The notes beneath the pieces were generated by a model. It was not told the origin of the DNA and made no database searches. It was given only the letters and a program-made list of their open reading frames with translations. Both the position numbers and the translations under genes were made by a program. Positions 20,995 through 32,128 of a stretch of 64,000 nucleotides of DNA are shown here, in pieces. The stretch's first letter is position 1. Each line of letters begins with the position of its first letter. The stretch comes from Ignavibacteriales bacterium (GTDB lineage: Bacteria; Bacteroidota; Ignavibacteria; UBA10030; UBA6906): positions 1 through 64,000 of the forward strand of contig JBBIRR010000009.1 of NCBI GenBank assembly GCA_037441705.1, read 5' to 3'.

Positions 20995-22002
20995 TCAAGA
21001 ACTTATCAATTCAGCGAGGACTTTCCGCAAGAGTACCTTTGTCATCCTTCTTCGATAGCTCACAGTCTCCCCTATATTCGGAAGGGGCATGACATCTGCG
21101 GCCGCATGCTCAGCAGCATCTTCAATTCGATCGTCCGTCGGATGTTTTCCCTCCAGCACCAGCTCCGCCTCGTGCATTCTGAGCGGGGCGCTGGCCACAG
21201 CACCGATGAGAATGCGGAGATTCCGCAACGTGCCGTCTCCCTTCCTCTGGAAGGCAACGCCGACGTTCACAAGTGGATAGTCTATGGAACTGCGCTGCCG
21301 AAGCTTGCGATGCGCGGCGCGGAGTCCCGCCGGTGGCTCCGGCAGAAGTACCTCGGCGAGAATCTCTCCCGGCTTGAGTGCGAGATGGTGCACACCATCT
21401 TGTGTGTAGAACTCGGCAAGCGGCATCGTACGCTCGCCTGCTGCACTGACCAGGCGCACAGAAGCGTTTAGCGCGATGAGTAATGGCGCGGTGTCCGAAC
21501 TGAAAACTGCCGAGCAGACCGAGCGACCTGGTGCGGCATGACAGATGTCGTGACCGTCTCCTCCGTTGAGACGCAGCTTCAAACACCCGCCAAGGGCAAT
21601 CCGCCACGACTCGGATTCGTTATAGTAGTAGCAGCGCGTATCAAGACACAGATTGCCTCCGAGTGTCGCGCTGTTGCGAATGGCAGGTGACGCGACACTC
21701 TTTGCAGCGTTGGCGAGAGACGGATACGAGCCTCGTACTTCCGGCGAGCTTGCTATTTCCGCCAGCGTGCACATCGCTCCGATGGTGAGTCCGCCCTCTG
21801 CGCTCACCGAGATGCGACGTAGCTCCTTCATTCTTCCCAACCACACGAGCCGCTTTGGCGCATGCAATCCTTGTTTGAGGTTGGGAATGAGATCTGTCCC
21901 GCCTGCGAGGGTTTTGGTCTCGCCGTTCGAGTTAACCAGCGTCTCAATAAGCTCAGGAATAGACGCGGGCGCGAGCACATCAAGTTCCGGAAGTCGTATC
22001 AT
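20995..22002 (-). CDS. hcrB: 4-hydroxybenzoyl-CoA reductase beta-like subunit (FAD plus [4Fe-4S] insert)
   Basis: LAGGTDLIP, IRNSATLGGNLCLDTRCYYYN..W..CLK..CH..C; the Cys-rich insert is typical of HcrB. Confidence 0.75.
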   Translation of the reverse strand: MIRLPELDVLAPASIPELIETLVNSNGETKTLAGGTDLIPNLKQGLHAPKRLVWLGRMKELRRISVSAEGGLTIGAMCTLAEIASSPEVRGSYPSLANAAKSVASPAIRNSATLGGNLCLDTRCYYYNESESWRIALGGCLKLRLNGGDGHDICHAAPGRSVCSAVFSSDTAPLLIALNASVRLVSAAGERTMPLAEFYTQDGVHHLALKPGEILAEVLLPEPPAGLRAAHRKLRQRSSIDYPLVNVGVAFQRKGDGTLRNLRILIGAVASAPLRMHEAELVLEGKHPTDDRIEDAAEHAAADVMPLPNIGETVSYRRRMTKVLLRKVLAELISS

Positions 22003-24803
22003 TTCGCCCCCACCTCCAGTTCGGGTTTCTTCACTCGAAGAGCCTTCAGGATGTCGTCCGGAGTGAACGGAACAGAGCTCATCCGCACGCCGATGGCGTC
22101 ATAGATTGCATTGGCAATAGCCGGCGGAACGGCGAGCAGCGGACCTTCACCGGCTTCCTTCGCACCGAGCGGCCCTTCGGGATCGTTACTCTCGACGATA
22201 AAAACCTCGATCGGCGGCGTATCTAACGCGGTGGGAGTCTTGTACTCAAGAAGCGACGCGGCTCGGAGCAGACCGCCGGGTGTGGTTTTCGTCGCGCGTG
22301 TGTACTCCATGTTCTCAAACAGCGCCTCGCCAATCCCCATATACACGCATCCTTGAATCTGTCCTTCGACCAACGGTTTGTTGATAGCCTTACCGCAATC
22401 GTGCGCCGACCAAACGTTGTGAATGGTGATGTGCCCGGTTTCCTCATCGACGCTCAGTTCCACCGCGTGTGCTGTAAAAGAGTATGATGGAGAAGGGCCT
22501 GCGCCTGCCCCCTTGTACGTGCCGCCTAACTTCGGGGGCGTGTAGTAACCAACCGCCGAGAGCGTGCCGAACTTCGCTTCGGCAAGTCGTGTTGCCTCGA
22601 TGAAGCTGAGCTGCATCTCCGGATCGCGGGTGTAGATGACTCGACCGTTCAGGATTGCCAGGTCCTCGGTCCGCGTTTGGAGTTGTTCAGCGACCGCTTC
22701 AAGCAGCTTCTGCTTCAGTTCCCTCGCAGCCATGAGCACGGCGTTACCCGCCATGAACGTCACACGACTCGAATAGCTTCCGAGATCAACCGGCGTGAGG
22801 TGCGTATCAGCCTCGACAACTCTCACGCTCTGAAGCTCGATGCCCAGCGTTCGTGCAACGATTGTGGCAAGAACGGTGTTCGATCCCTGGCCGATATCCG
22901 ACGACCCGCAGAAGACCATCACGCCGCCGCCGCGATCAATCTTGACGATGGCGCCCGAGTGAGGCAGTCCGAGCCAGTTGATTTCCTTCCCCGCGCCGCT
23001 GATGTAGGCGCTTGCCGCGAGTCCGATCCCCCGCCCACGCGGAAGCTTGCCGCGCTTTGCGCGCCAACCCGATGCTTCCATCACCTTCTCGATACACTCC
23101 TTCACACCGCAACTCGTAATGCGCAGGGAGTTGATGGTGAGCGAATTCTGCTCGACGAGATTCTTCAAACGAAGTTCTGCAGGATCCATGCCGATCGCCT
23201 CTGCAATGCGGTCGAGATGCACCTCGAACGCGAAGCGGGGCTGTGGCGCGCCGTGTCCTCGCTTCGGGCCAGCAGGCGGTTTGTTGGTATACAGGCGCCG
23301 GCTCTCGAACTTGTAGTGTGGGACTTTGTACGGCATCGTGAGAAACTGCCCGCTGTAATACGATGTGACCACCCCGTAGCTGCCGTACGCTCCACCATCC
23401 AGCCAGCCTTTGTACTGAATGGCCGTGATCGTTCCGTCGTTCTTCACGCCGGTCTTCACCCACATCTTTGTTGCATGACGGCCGCGATGGGAGTAGAAGA
23501 CTTCTTCACGCGTGTAGGTGATTTTCACGGGGCGTCCCGTCTTGATCGAAAGCCACGCGGCGCAGAACTCCAGCGCAAACGGCTCCGACTTCCCGCCAAA
23601 CCCTCCACCAAGCTGCGGCTTGATGACGCGGATGTGACTCGCCGGCATGTCCAGCACCTTTGCCAAGGTCCGATGGACGTAATGTGGAGTCTGAGTAGCA
23701 GACCAGAGCGTGAGGTGGCCGTTCCTGAAATCTCCGTTCTCTCTCGCCGGCTCGAACGACGCAAGCGCGGCGTGCGGTTCGAGCATTGCGTGCGTGCTTG
23801 CATCGTAGAAGAACTCGTCCTCTCGAACGTAGTCTGCTTCGGCAAAGCCTTCTTCCACATTTCCAAACTCAAGCTCCACGTGCTTGGCGGTATTGTCCGG
23901 ATACCTGGTCTCTTCGTGAATCTTCGGAAGATCGGATCGGAGCGCATCTTTGATTGAAAGAATAACAGGAAGAAGTTCGTACTTCACCTCGATCAACCTG
24001 ATCGCTTCCTGCGCGATGCGTTCACTTGTGGCCGCAACGGCAGCCACGCCATCCCCCACATAGCGCACTTTGTCAATACACAACGCCGTCTCATCCTGAC
24101 TTGACGGAAGGATGCCGTATTTCGTCGGCAGGTCTTTTCCCGTCATGACGGCAACGACGCCCGGGAGCTTTTCTGCTCTTGACGTGTCGATGGAAAGGAT
24201 ACGTGCATGCGCGTGAGGACTGCGGAGAATTTTGGCGAAGAGCATGCGCGGGAGCGAGAGATCATCCGTGTACTTCGCTGCGCCGGTTACCTGTCCCACG
24301 GCATCCACCTTAATGCCCTGCTTCTCACACGCCCCTGCGCTTCGGTGGCCCTCGCATTGCACTGCTTCGATGATCTTTGTGTAGCCTGTGCAACGGCAGA
24401 GATTGCCGGAAAGTCTTTCGCGGATTTCTTCCTCCGTCAGCTTGCCGCCTTCGTCCATAAGCGACTTTGAAGTCAGGATCATCCCCGGGGTGCAGAAACC
24501 ACATTGCAAGGCCGCATGATCAATGAATGATCGTTGGATGGGGGAGAGCGTGCCATCTTTTGCTAGACCTTCGATTGTCTCGATCGCGCAGCCCTCAACA
24601 GTCACTGCCAGCGTAATGCACGAGAGAATCGGTTTCCCGTCGGCAAGCACGGTGCACGCGCCGCAATCGCCAAGGTCGCAGCCGATCTTCACGCCCGTGA
24701 GGCCGAGCTGTTCGCGCAGGACTTCGGCAAGCGTCCACTGCGGCTCGACGGCTACCTCGTGCCGCTCGCCGTTGACGGTGAGTGTAATGAGATGCTTTCC
24801 CAT
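21999..24803 (-). CDS. hcrA: Fused [2Fe-2S] (HcrC-like) and molybdopterin (HcrA-like) subunit, XDH family
   Basis: GCDLGDCGAC, QCGFCTPG, NLCRCTGY, then GGGFGGK, RGHGAPQ, DIGQGS, GSYSSR, GAKEAGEG; next to hcrB-like and bcr genes. Confidence 0.72.
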   Translation of the reverse strand: MGKHLITLTVNGERHEVAVEPQWTLAEVLREQLGLTGVKIGCDLGDCGACTVLADGKPILSCITLAVTVEGCAIETIEGLAKDGTLSPIQRSFIDHAALQCGFCTPGMILTSKSLMDEGGKLTEEEIRERLSGNLCRCTGYTKIIEAVQCEGHRSAGACEKQGIKVDAVGQVTGAAKYTDDLSLPRMLFAKILRSPHAHARILSIDTSRAEKLPGVVAVMTGKDLPTKYGILPSSQDETALCIDKVRYVGDGVAAVAATSERIAQEAIRLIEVKYELLPVILSIKDALRSDLPKIHEETRYPDNTAKHVELEFGNVEEGFAEADYVREDEFFYDASTHAMLEPHAALASFEPARENGDFRNGHLTLWSATQTPHYVHRTLAKVLDMPASHIRVIKPQLGGGFGGKSEPFALEFCAAWLSIKTGRPVKITYTREEVFYSHRGRHATKMWVKTGVKNDGTITAIQYKGWLDGGAYGSYGVVTSYYSGQFLTMPYKVPHYKFESRRLYTNKPPAGPKRGHGAPQPRFAFEVHLDRIAEAIGMDPAELRLKNLVEQNSLTINSLRITSCGVKECIEKVMEASGWRAKRGKLPRGRGIGLAASAYISGAGKEINWLGLPHSGAIVKIDRGGGVMVFCGSSDIGQGSNTVLATIVARTLGIELQSVRVVEADTHLTPVDLGSYSSRVTFMAGNAVLMAARELKQKLLEAVAEQLQTRTEDLAILNGRVIYTRDPEMQLSFIEATRLAEAKFGTLSAVGYYTPPKLGGTYKGAGAGPSPSYSFTAHAVELSVDEETGHITIHNVWSAHDCGKAINKPLVEGQIQGCVYMGIGEALFENMEYTRATKTTPGGLLRAASLLEYKTPTALDTPPIEVFIVESNDPEGPLGAKEAGEGPLLAVPPAIANAIYDAIGVRMSSVPFTPDDILKALRVKKPELEVGAK

Positions 24804-24927
24804 GAGAGGCTTTTATGAAATCTCAAATCTCAATACCCAAATCGCAAACAAGTTCCAAAACACAGGACTCAAACGCCCTCGATTTCTCATGATGTTTCTC
24901 TCTACCATGACGATACACGTTGAGATT

Positions 24928-25569
24928 TCAGATTTGACGATTGGAACTTGTTTGTAATTTGCCGTTTGTACATTGGGATTCCAGACTCAGCTTTTTCCCT
25001 TTTTCAAACGCTCGCAAATTCAAATCCAGAATTTTTGCATTCAGCGATTCCTTCATCACCGCCATCCAATGCTCATCGCCGATGCCGGTCTCATCAGCCA
25101 TTGCGCCAAGCAAGACGGTGTTCGCTGCGCGGAAGTTGCCGAGTTGCGTTGCGACGGCGTTGGCATCAAAACACACAACACGGAAGCCCTTGCCGTTCAA
25201 GAACTCCTCGATGTTCTGAGGATACTCCACCGGCTTGTCGGTGAGCCGGGCCGGGACGCGGATCTCATCGTTGATGACTATCAGTCCGCCCTCGCGGACG
25301 TAGTGTGCCCAACGAAGTGCTTCGAGTTTCTCCAGCGCAAGCAGGATGTCCACTTCACCTGCGGGTGTGAGCGGTGAATAGACTTTTCGTGCGAACCGGA
25401 CATGACTCACCACGCTGCCGCCGCGCTGGGCCGCACCGTGCACCTCAGTCTTCTTCGCATCGAATCCCGCAGCGATTGCCGCACGCGCCGCAAGCTCGGA
25501 GACAAGCAGGATTCCCTGTCCGCCCACGCCGGCAAAGAGGAGGTTCTTTCCTGAACTCTTCTGGTTCAT
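24928..25569 (-). CDS. iorB: Indolepyruvate:ferredoxin oxidoreductase beta subunit
   Basis: AGVGGQGILL, KTEVHGAAQRGGSVVSHVRF, ALEKLEALR, NTVLLGA. Confidence 0.9.
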   Translation of the reverse strand: MNQKSSGKNLLFAGVGGQGILLVSELAARAAIAAGFDAKKTEVHGAAQRGGSVVSHVRFARKVYSPLTPAGEVDILLALEKLEALRWAHYVREGGLIVINDEIRVPARLTDKPVEYPQNIEEFLNGKGFRVVCFDANAVATQLGNFRAANTVLLGAMADETGIGDEHWMAVMKESLNAKILDLNLRAFEKGKKLSLESQCTNGKLQTSSNRQI

Positions 25570-25714
25570 TTTTCTATCTTGAAAAATCCCAAATTGCAAG
25601 AAACAAATGGCAAACAAACCCCAATTATCAAATCACAAGTGGCCAGTCAAATCCCAAATAAGCACCAAGAGTCAAGCTCGAAAAGCCAAACACGATGTAA
25701 GCAACAATCCCTTG

Positions 25715-26071
25715 TCACTGAACCACCCGATAGATCACCATCGCAACGCCGCAGACAAAGATGGTGGTGAATATTGCCTTGTTATTCTTCGCCAGCCATT
25801 TCGGCAAGAAGATATCAAAGTTGTCGTCCCTTGAAGTGGTGAAGCGGGCAGCCACCGGAGTCAGAGGACAGCTTCCGTTGAAGGCGAGAAGGACGATTCC
25901 TTCCAGCACCACCAGTCCGATTGCATACCATACAAGGGCATCGATTCTGTTTCTGAGACCCGCATACACGACATAGCCGATCGCCATGACGAAGAACATC
26001 CATATCAAAGTGTGCAGTGACTTGACCAAGAGGAGTTTCTGGTCATTATTGAATGATCTATTACGCTTCAT
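25715..26071 (-). CDS. Small membrane protein (about 3 TM), unknown function
   Basis: VKSLHTLIW..CPLT..NFDIFLP.WLA; hydrophobic segments; overlaps the iorA stop. Confidence 0.7.
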   Translation of the reverse strand: MKRNRSFNNDQKLLLVKSLHTLIWMFFVMAIGYVVYAGLRNRIDALVWYAIGLVVLEGIVLLAFNGSCPLTPVAARFTTSRDDNFDIFLPKWLAKNNKAIFTTIFVCGVAMVIYRVVQ

Positions 26072-27842
26072 ACTCGATCCTTTGTACAGGTCGAATGGCC
26101 TCAAACGCGCACAGCTTCGCGCACAGATCGCAACCGACGCACCGTTCCTTCGAGATGTGTGGAATCGAGTCGAGACCTCCGATAGCCGGGCAGCCGATCT
26201 TCAGGCACAGGTCGCACTCTTCACACAGCTCGTCAATCACTTCGTACGGCACATGCGTCTTCGCTTTTTCTTCCGGAAGCAACACACACGGTCGCCGCGA
26301 GATGACAACGGACGGCTCTCCGCAGTTCATTGCCTCCTTGATCGCTTTCTCGGTTGCCGTCAGGTCATACGGATCAATCACGCTGACGTGCTTCACACCG
26401 ATGGCGCGAATGAGTTCCTCGTAATTGATCGCGTACGTGTCCTCGTTCTTCACCGTCTTCCCCATGCCCGGATGCTGCTGGTGTCCCGTCATGCCGGTCG
26501 TGGAGTTGTCCATGAGGATGACAGTGGAGATGCCTTTATTAAAGACGATATCAATGAGCGGCGCGATGCCGCTGTGGAGGAATGTCGAATCGCCGATGAC
26601 GGCAACGAGCTTCTTGCCGATCGTGGCTCGATGCACTTTCTCCATGCCGAACGCGTTGGCAACGCCGGCGCCCATGCAGAACGTCGTGTCGAGGGCGTTG
26701 AACGGATAGAGAGCGCCGAGAGTGTAGCAGCCGATGTCGCCCGTAACCACGGCCTTGAGTTTGTGCAGCACAAAGTAGACTCCGCTGTGCGGACAGCCGG
26801 GGCACATGACCGGTGGGCGGGGCGGGATGGAGATTTCCGACTCAAACGACGCACGGCCATTGGTTCCAAGCAACGCGTGTCGGAGAATATCGGGCGAAAG
26901 CTCGAACGTGTTGGGGATGAGTTCCTTCCCGACGAGATTCATCACTCCGAAGGGGTTCTTCACCCCCATGATCCTGAGCTGCTCCTCGAGGAACGGCTCC
27001 AATTCTTCGATGACATAAATCGTTTCGACGCCGTCGCAGAACGAATCAATGAGTTTCTTCGGGAGAGGATAGACCATGCCGAGCTTGAGAATCGAAGCCT
27101 GCGGGAAAACTTCCTTCGCGTACTGATACGAGATGCCGCTTGTGATGATGCCGATCTTGCGTTGATTCCACTCGATCATATTGTGCGGGAAAGTCTCGGC
27201 GAACTCCTCTAACTTCTTCAGTCGTTCTTGGATGTTCTTCCTCCAACGCTTCCCGTGTATCGGCACGACGTGTTTTGCGGGATCGGATTTGTACTTCCGC
27301 GGCGGCTGGCGGTGTGGCTCATCGAACGTCACCACCGACTTCGAGTGCGACGTGCGAGTCGTGGTCCGCAGGAACACCGGCACATCGAACTGCTCGCTGA
27401 TCTCAAACGCCAGCTTCACGAACTCCTTCGCTTCCTGGCTGTCGGAGGGTTCGAGCATCGGAATCTTGGCAAACTTCGCCAAGTAGCGGTTGTCCTGCTC
27501 GTTTTGGGAGGAGTGCATCCCCGGATCGTCTGCCGTGATGATGACAAAACCGCCATGCACGCCGGAGAACGGCGTGACCATGAGTGAGTCCAGCGCGACA
27601 TTGACGCCCACGTGCTTCATCGCAACCAGAGCGCGAGCACCGGCAAGACACGCACCATAGGCAACATCGAACGCCACCTTCTCGTTGGTGGACCATTCGA
27701 CGTCAATGTCTTCGTAGCGGGCGAGGTTTTCGATGATCTCGGTGCTCGGCGTGCCCGGATAGCCCGCTGCGACGTGCACACCCGCTTCCCACGCACCTCG
27801 TGCGATGGCTTCGTTGCCGGAAACGAAATGGCTATTGCTCAT
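26061..27842 (-). CDS. iorA: Indolepyruvate:ferredoxin oxidoreductase alpha subunit
   Basis: SGNEAIARGA, GYPGTPSTE, MKHVGVNVA, SSQNEQD, MCPGCPH, GDIGCY, TPP motif GDSTFLHSG..DN, C-terminal 2x[4Fe-4S]. Confidence 0.93.
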   Translation of the reverse strand: MSNSHFVSGNEAIARGAWEAGVHVAAGYPGTPSTEIIENLARYEDIDVEWSTNEKVAFDVAYGACLAGARALVAMKHVGVNVALDSLMVTPFSGVHGGFVIITADDPGMHSSQNEQDNRYLAKFAKIPMLEPSDSQEAKEFVKLAFEISEQFDVPVFLRTTTRTSHSKSVVTFDEPHRQPPRKYKSDPAKHVVPIHGKRWRKNIQERLKKLEEFAETFPHNMIEWNQRKIGIITSGISYQYAKEVFPQASILKLGMVYPLPKKLIDSFCDGVETIYVIEELEPFLEEQLRIMGVKNPFGVMNLVGKELIPNTFELSPDILRHALLGTNGRASFESEISIPPRPPVMCPGCPHSGVYFVLHKLKAVVTGDIGCYTLGALYPFNALDTTFCMGAGVANAFGMEKVHRATIGKKLVAVIGDSTFLHSGIAPLIDIVFNKGISTVILMDNSTTGMTGHQQHPGMGKTVKNEDTYAINYEELIRAIGVKHVSVIDPYDLTATEKAIKEAMNCGEPSVVISRRPCVLLPEEKAKTHVPYEVIDELCEECDLCLKIGCPAIGGLDSIPHISKERCVGCDLCAKLCAFEAIRPVQRIEYEA

Positions 27843-27997
27843 ATGGTTCATTGTGAAATTCCAAATATCAAATGCCAGGTTCCAAAGAAGCTCCAAGAAT
27901 CAAGTTCCAAATTCAAAGAGGGTTCTTCGATGTCGACTTTTTCTTTTTGATATTTGGAACTTGTTTGTGATTTGGAGCTTGATGTTTGGAACTTAGT

Positions 27998-29026
27998 TCA
28001 GGGCACTACAATTGACCTCAGCGCATTTTCATCATGGCGCCTGAGCAAATCAAACGCATCGTTGATCTTCTCCAGCGGGAATTTCTGCGTCACCAAGTCC
28101 TTCACCTTGATCTTCCCGATACGGCAAAGCTCGATGAGCTTCGGGTAGTCAACGGGGCGGCAGCCGAGTGAGCCGCGCACTTCCATCTCGAAGTACATGA
28201 TCTTTGCCGCGCTCAGCTTGATGTCTTCCGCCGAGTAGCCGACCACCACCAACCGACCGCCTTTGCGAAGCGTCCCGAACGCCGCCTCGATGGTCTGCGG
28301 CTTGCCGATAGCTTCGATGGCGATATCGGCGCCGCCGCCCGTTATCTTCTTGATCTCCTTGCCGAGGTTCTCCACTTTCGTCGGGTTGACGGTATAGGAG
28401 GCGCCTAATTTCTTCGCCCACTCCAGCTTCTTGTCGGAGATGTCAACAGCAATCACCACACCGCCGAATGCGGCAGCAACCTGCACAACATTCACTCCCA
28501 CTCCCCCGCAGCCGAACACGACCACCGTATCACCTGCCCTCACTTCGGCGCGGTTCTTCACAGCATGGTACGGTGTGGAGATGGCGTCGGCGATAATCGA
28601 ACCTTCTTCGAGCGGGATTTCATTTGGGAGATGGAAAATATCCTTGGCCGGAGCGACGACATATTCAGCATACGCGCCATCCACGTTGTTGCCGAACATA
28701 GTCATCGTCGAGCAGATATTCTCTCGACCTGTCCGGCAATACTCGCACGTCCCGCATGTGAGCACAGCGGGAAGCAGCACGCGATCGCCTTCCTTGAAAT
28801 TCTTCACATCCTTGCCGACCTGAGCGACGATGCCTGACGGCTCATGACCGAGAATGAGAGGCGGTTTCTTGAATGTCGGCACACCGTGGTCAATGTAGTG
28901 CAGGTCGGTGTGGCAGACGCCACACGCGGCAACTTTGACCAACACCTCGTGTGAGTTGATGGTCGGTGTTGGCCACTGGTCAATGACGAGCGGCTGATTG
29001 GGTCCGTGGAAGATGGCGGCGTTCAT
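27998..29026 (-). CDS. had: Zn-dependent dehydrogenase, probably 6-hydroxycyclohex-1-ene-1-carbonyl-CoA dehydrogenase
   Basis: [26 protein letters not shown]; context with oah, dch and bcr. Confidence 0.75.
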   Translation of the reverse strand: MNAAIFHGPNQPLVIDQWPTPTINSHEVLVKVAACGVCHTDLHYIDHGVPTFKKPPLILGHEPSGIVAQVGKDVKNFKEGDRVLLPAVLTCGTCEYCRTGRENICSTMTMFGNNVDGAYAEYVVAPAKDIFHLPNEIPLEEGSIIADAISTPYHAVKNRAEVRAGDTVVVFGCGGVGVNVVQVAAAFGGVVIAVDISDKKLEWAKKLGASYTVNPTKVENLGKEIKKITGGGADIAIEAIGKPQTIEAAFGTLRKGGRLVVVGYSAEDIKLSAAKIMYFEMEVRGSLGCRPVDYPKLIELCRIGKIKVKDLVTQKFPLEKINDAFDLLRRHDENALRSIVVP

Positions 29027-29874
29027 GTGACGGGTACGTTTGTGGTCTGATGCTTCTGCTGCTCAAGTTTTCGTAGCCGACGCTGGACAAGCAAGCACGC
29101 ACCGAGTGCACCTGCATACTCGGAATCGGGCGAGACGTTCACAGGCTTGCCGATCTTCTGTTCGAGCGCTTTCACCATGCCGACATTTTTCGTGATGCCT
29201 CCCGTCAACGTGGTTTCGCCGTCCGATCCCACCTGCCGCAACATTGCCACGATACGGTCAGAGATGGAAAGCTGCGCGCCCATCAGAATGTCTTCCACCG
29301 GATATCCGGTCGTCACAAGGTTTATGACTTCAGATTCGGCAAGTACGGCACAGATGGAACTGATCGGCTGCGGATCTTTGGAGCGAAGGGACAGAGCTCC
29401 GATCTCCTCCAATTCCAGCTCCAGACCCTTCGCAACTCTCTCCAGGAAGCGTCCGGCGCCCGAAGCACATTTGTCATTCATCTTGAACTTCGTCACGCGT
29501 CCTTCGTGATCAATCCTGATGGCTTTGGCATTCTGTGCGCCGACATCGAGGATGGTGGTTGTGTTCGGAAAGAGATACTTGGCGCCCATAGCGTGACAGG
29601 AGATGTCGGTGATCTGGATGTGACGCATCGGCACTTGATAGCGACCGTAGCCGGTGGAAGCAACATAGAAGACGTCGCGTATCGGAATCCCTGCCGTCGA
29701 GCACGCGGCGGCAAGCACTTTCTCGGAAGCTGCCGCAAGGTTGTGTCCTGTAAGCATAGTGGCACGGGCAATCACGGTTGATGACGCAGTGTCTAACACG
29801 ACACACTTCGTCATCCGTGTGCCGATGTCGATCCCGGCGATGTAGCGTCCGTTGGAGGATTGCGCAAGCTTCAT
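29023..29874 (-). CDS. Class I benzoyl-CoA reductase ATPase (activase) subunit
   Basis: [45 protein letters not shown]. Confidence 0.85.
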   Translation of the reverse strand: MKLAQSSNGRYIAGIDIGTRMTKCVVLDTASSTVIARATMLTGHNLAAASEKVLAAACSTAGIPIRDVFYVASTGYGRYQVPMRHIQITDISCHAMGAKYLFPNTTTILDVGAQNAKAIRIDHEGRVTKFKMNDKCASGAGRFLERVAKGLELELEEIGALSLRSKDPQPISSICAVLAESEVINLVTTGYPVEDILMGAQLSISDRIVAMLRQVGSDGETTLTGGITKNVGMVKALEQKIGKPVNVSPDSEYAGALGACLLVQRRLRKLEQQKHQTTNVPVT

Positions 29875-30695
29875 GCTTTACTCTCCTCGTGTGTTGGTGC
29901 CGGCTGACCGTCGTGCTTGGCCCTGGCGCGATCGAGTGCGAACAGAGCAGCGCCCAGCGCACCGATAAACGGCGAGTCATCGCTCACGTTGATCGGACAG
30001 CCGAGTTTTTCTTGCAGCGCGGCGATCATGCCTTTGTTTCTGGAGACACCACCGGTGAATGTGATCTCCGGCTCCAATCCCACGCGTCGCATCAGACTCA
30101 CGGAGCGGCCGGCAATGGACTGATGAACGCCGGCCAGAATGTCTTCTCCTTTCTTTCCTTTCGAGAGATGATTCATAATCTCCGTCTCGACAAACACCGT
30201 ACAGACGTTGGTGATGCGCAACGGATTGTTCGAACGCAAGGCAACATCGCCAAGCTCATCCAGCGAAATGCCCATCACTTCGGCGGCCGCAGCAAGGAAC
30301 CGTCCCGTGCCTGCGGCGCACTTGTCGTTCATGCAGAAATCCACCACCTCGCCTTTTTCGTTGATGCGAATACCTTTTGTATCCTGCCCGCCGATATCGA
30401 GAATCGTTCTGGTTTTCGGAAAGAGAAAGTTTGCGCCCCGTGCATGACACGAGATCTCGGTAATCTGCGTGTCGCCGAAGGGTACTTTGTAGCGTCCATA
30501 GCCGGTGCCTACCGTGTAGGCAATCTCCCATTCCTCCAACCTCGCGGATTGCCGCGCCGCGTTGAATGCTTTCTCCGCGGCTTTCACAACATTCGCTCCC
30601 GTGTTTGTGATGCCGCGTGCAACAATCTCGGCATTCTCGTTCAGAATGATCGCCTTGGTTTGTGTTGATCCAACATCAACGCCGGCTACTAACAT
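29871..30695 (-). CDS. Class I benzoyl-CoA reductase ATPase (activase) subunit
   Basis: [46 protein letters not shown]. Confidence 0.85.
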   Translation of the reverse strand: MLVAGVDVGSTQTKAIILNENAEIVARGITNTGANVVKAAEKAFNAARQSARLEEWEIAYTVGTGYGRYKVPFGDTQITEISCHARGANFLFPKTRTILDIGGQDTKGIRINEKGEVVDFCMNDKCAAGTGRFLAAAAEVMGISLDELGDVALRSNNPLRITNVCTVFVETEIMNHLSKGKKGEDILAGVHQSIAGRSVSLMRRVGLEPEITFTGGVSRNKGMIAALQEKLGCPINVSDDSPFIGALGAALFALDRARAKHDGQPAPTHEESKA

Positions 30696-30854
30696 GGCTT
30701 CCTCTGGTTATGGCTGTGTTGAAATGCCAATCTTCAAAAACAAATACCAAACAAATCACAATGGCCAAGTTGCAAATTCCAGAGCAGTTGAGATTTCGTA
30801 TTTGACACCTGGAGCTTGTTTGTAGTTGGGATTTTGTGATTTGGAATGTGTTTT

Positions 30855-32114
30855 TCAAGCTTGTACAACTCTCTTGTGTTCCAGCGACTCGAAGAACGCA
30901 TCAATCCTGTTTCTCAGCTGCGCCGTTTGAAAATACCGCGGGTCGGCAAGGTCGCTTTCGATTAGCAGCGTCGGGATGTTCCACTTGCGTATGAATTGCT
31001 CGCGCATATCTGCCTGACCGACGGAGAACGAGCGGCATGACTTGACTGAATGGATGACGATCGCGTCTGCGTCGTACTCCTCAGCGTAAGAACGCAGTAA
31101 GTCGGTGCGCATCGGAAGATTGAGGTTCGTGTAGCACGTCAAACAATAGTCGGCAATGCTCTCCAGCGGTCGCGACGGATCGTGCCGGAAGCCGTGATCC
31201 CAGAACCCGCCCACTTTGGAGTAGCTTGACGCCACAGCGCACACGCCCCATTTCTTGAGCAGCTCCCAGAAAGAACGGAAGTGCGGCCACGGCGGCGGAC
31301 CTTCGATGACCACTCTGAACTTCTCCTCGGGAATCGGACCGATGCCATGCTCGATACGTTCTTCGATTTCGTTCAGGGCTTGCCGGTAGTAGTCCGTGCA
31401 CTCCGGAAGGCCGCGCAGCACATAAATCGGCGCCATGAAGAAGACCGCCTCGAAGTAGGAATCGAACGGCGACGGCTTGTGCTTAGCAGAATGGAGAATC
31501 TTCACCCACATATCCTCGGCCTCAGCCGCATGCCTTGTAATCTCGACGAGCCTGTCGTGATCGTATTTCTTACCCGTGATCCTCTCGCAGATGACCGCAA
31601 GTTCTTTGAGTTGTTCGACAATGTACTGCCGATCTTCCTCTTCAATCTCGCCGGAGCGAAGGTATGGCACATCAAGCATCACGAGCGGCACATCGTAGTA
31701 GTGTGCGAGCGCCTCGAACCATTTGATGAACGTCGTGCATCCGCAATAGGTACAGAGCAGGAGGTCGGGCTTGGGAATCGTTGTGCCCGAGGGACCGACA
31801 TTCCCGGCTAACATCATGCCTATATCGTTCTTGACATAGCCGCACACGTCGGGCGAATAGCCGACATCCTCCGCCTTGAGAATGAGATTGCCGGACATCT
31901 TGCGCACGCCACATTGCAGCGCGTTCACCTCCGGAAACACTAACTCGAAGTCGAACACGCGCAGAAACTCCGCGATGTTTCCCGGAACGAAGAGGTAAGC
32001 AACCTTCCGTCCGTCATCTTTCGCCGATTGCAGTCGGTTGTACCATGCCGTGAGAAGCTGCTTCTGGTATTCCCGGCCGATGCCCTGGTATTGGAACTTG
32101 TCTTCCGTTGCCAT
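30855..32114 (-). CDS. bcrB: Benzoyl-CoA reductase subunit B-like
   Basis: FVPGN..LVFPEVNALQ, DVCGYVKND, YCGCTTFIKWFE, SSYSKVGG, HSVKSC; 2-hydroxyacyl-CoA dehydratase fold. Confidence 0.82.
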   Translation of the reverse strand: MATEDKFQYQGIGREYQKQLLTAWYNRLQSAKDDGRKVAYLFVPGNIAEFLRVFDFELVFPEVNALQCGVRKMSGNLILKAEDVGYSPDVCGYVKNDIGMMLAGNVGPSGTTIPKPDLLLCTYCGCTTFIKWFEALAHYYDVPLVMLDVPYLRSGEIEEEDRQYIVEQLKELAVICERITGKKYDHDRLVEITRHAAEAEDMWVKILHSAKHKPSPFDSYFEAVFFMAPIYVLRGLPECTDYYRQALNEIEERIEHGIGPIPEEKFRVVIEGPPPWPHFRSFWELLKKWGVCAVASSYSKVGGFWDHGFRHDPSRPLESIADYCLTCYTNLNLPMRTDLLRSYAEEYDADAIVIHSVKSCRSFSVGQADMREQFIRKWNIPTLLIESDLADPRYFQTAQLRNRIDAFFESLEHKRVVQA

Positions 32115-32128
32115 AGATGGATGCCTTA

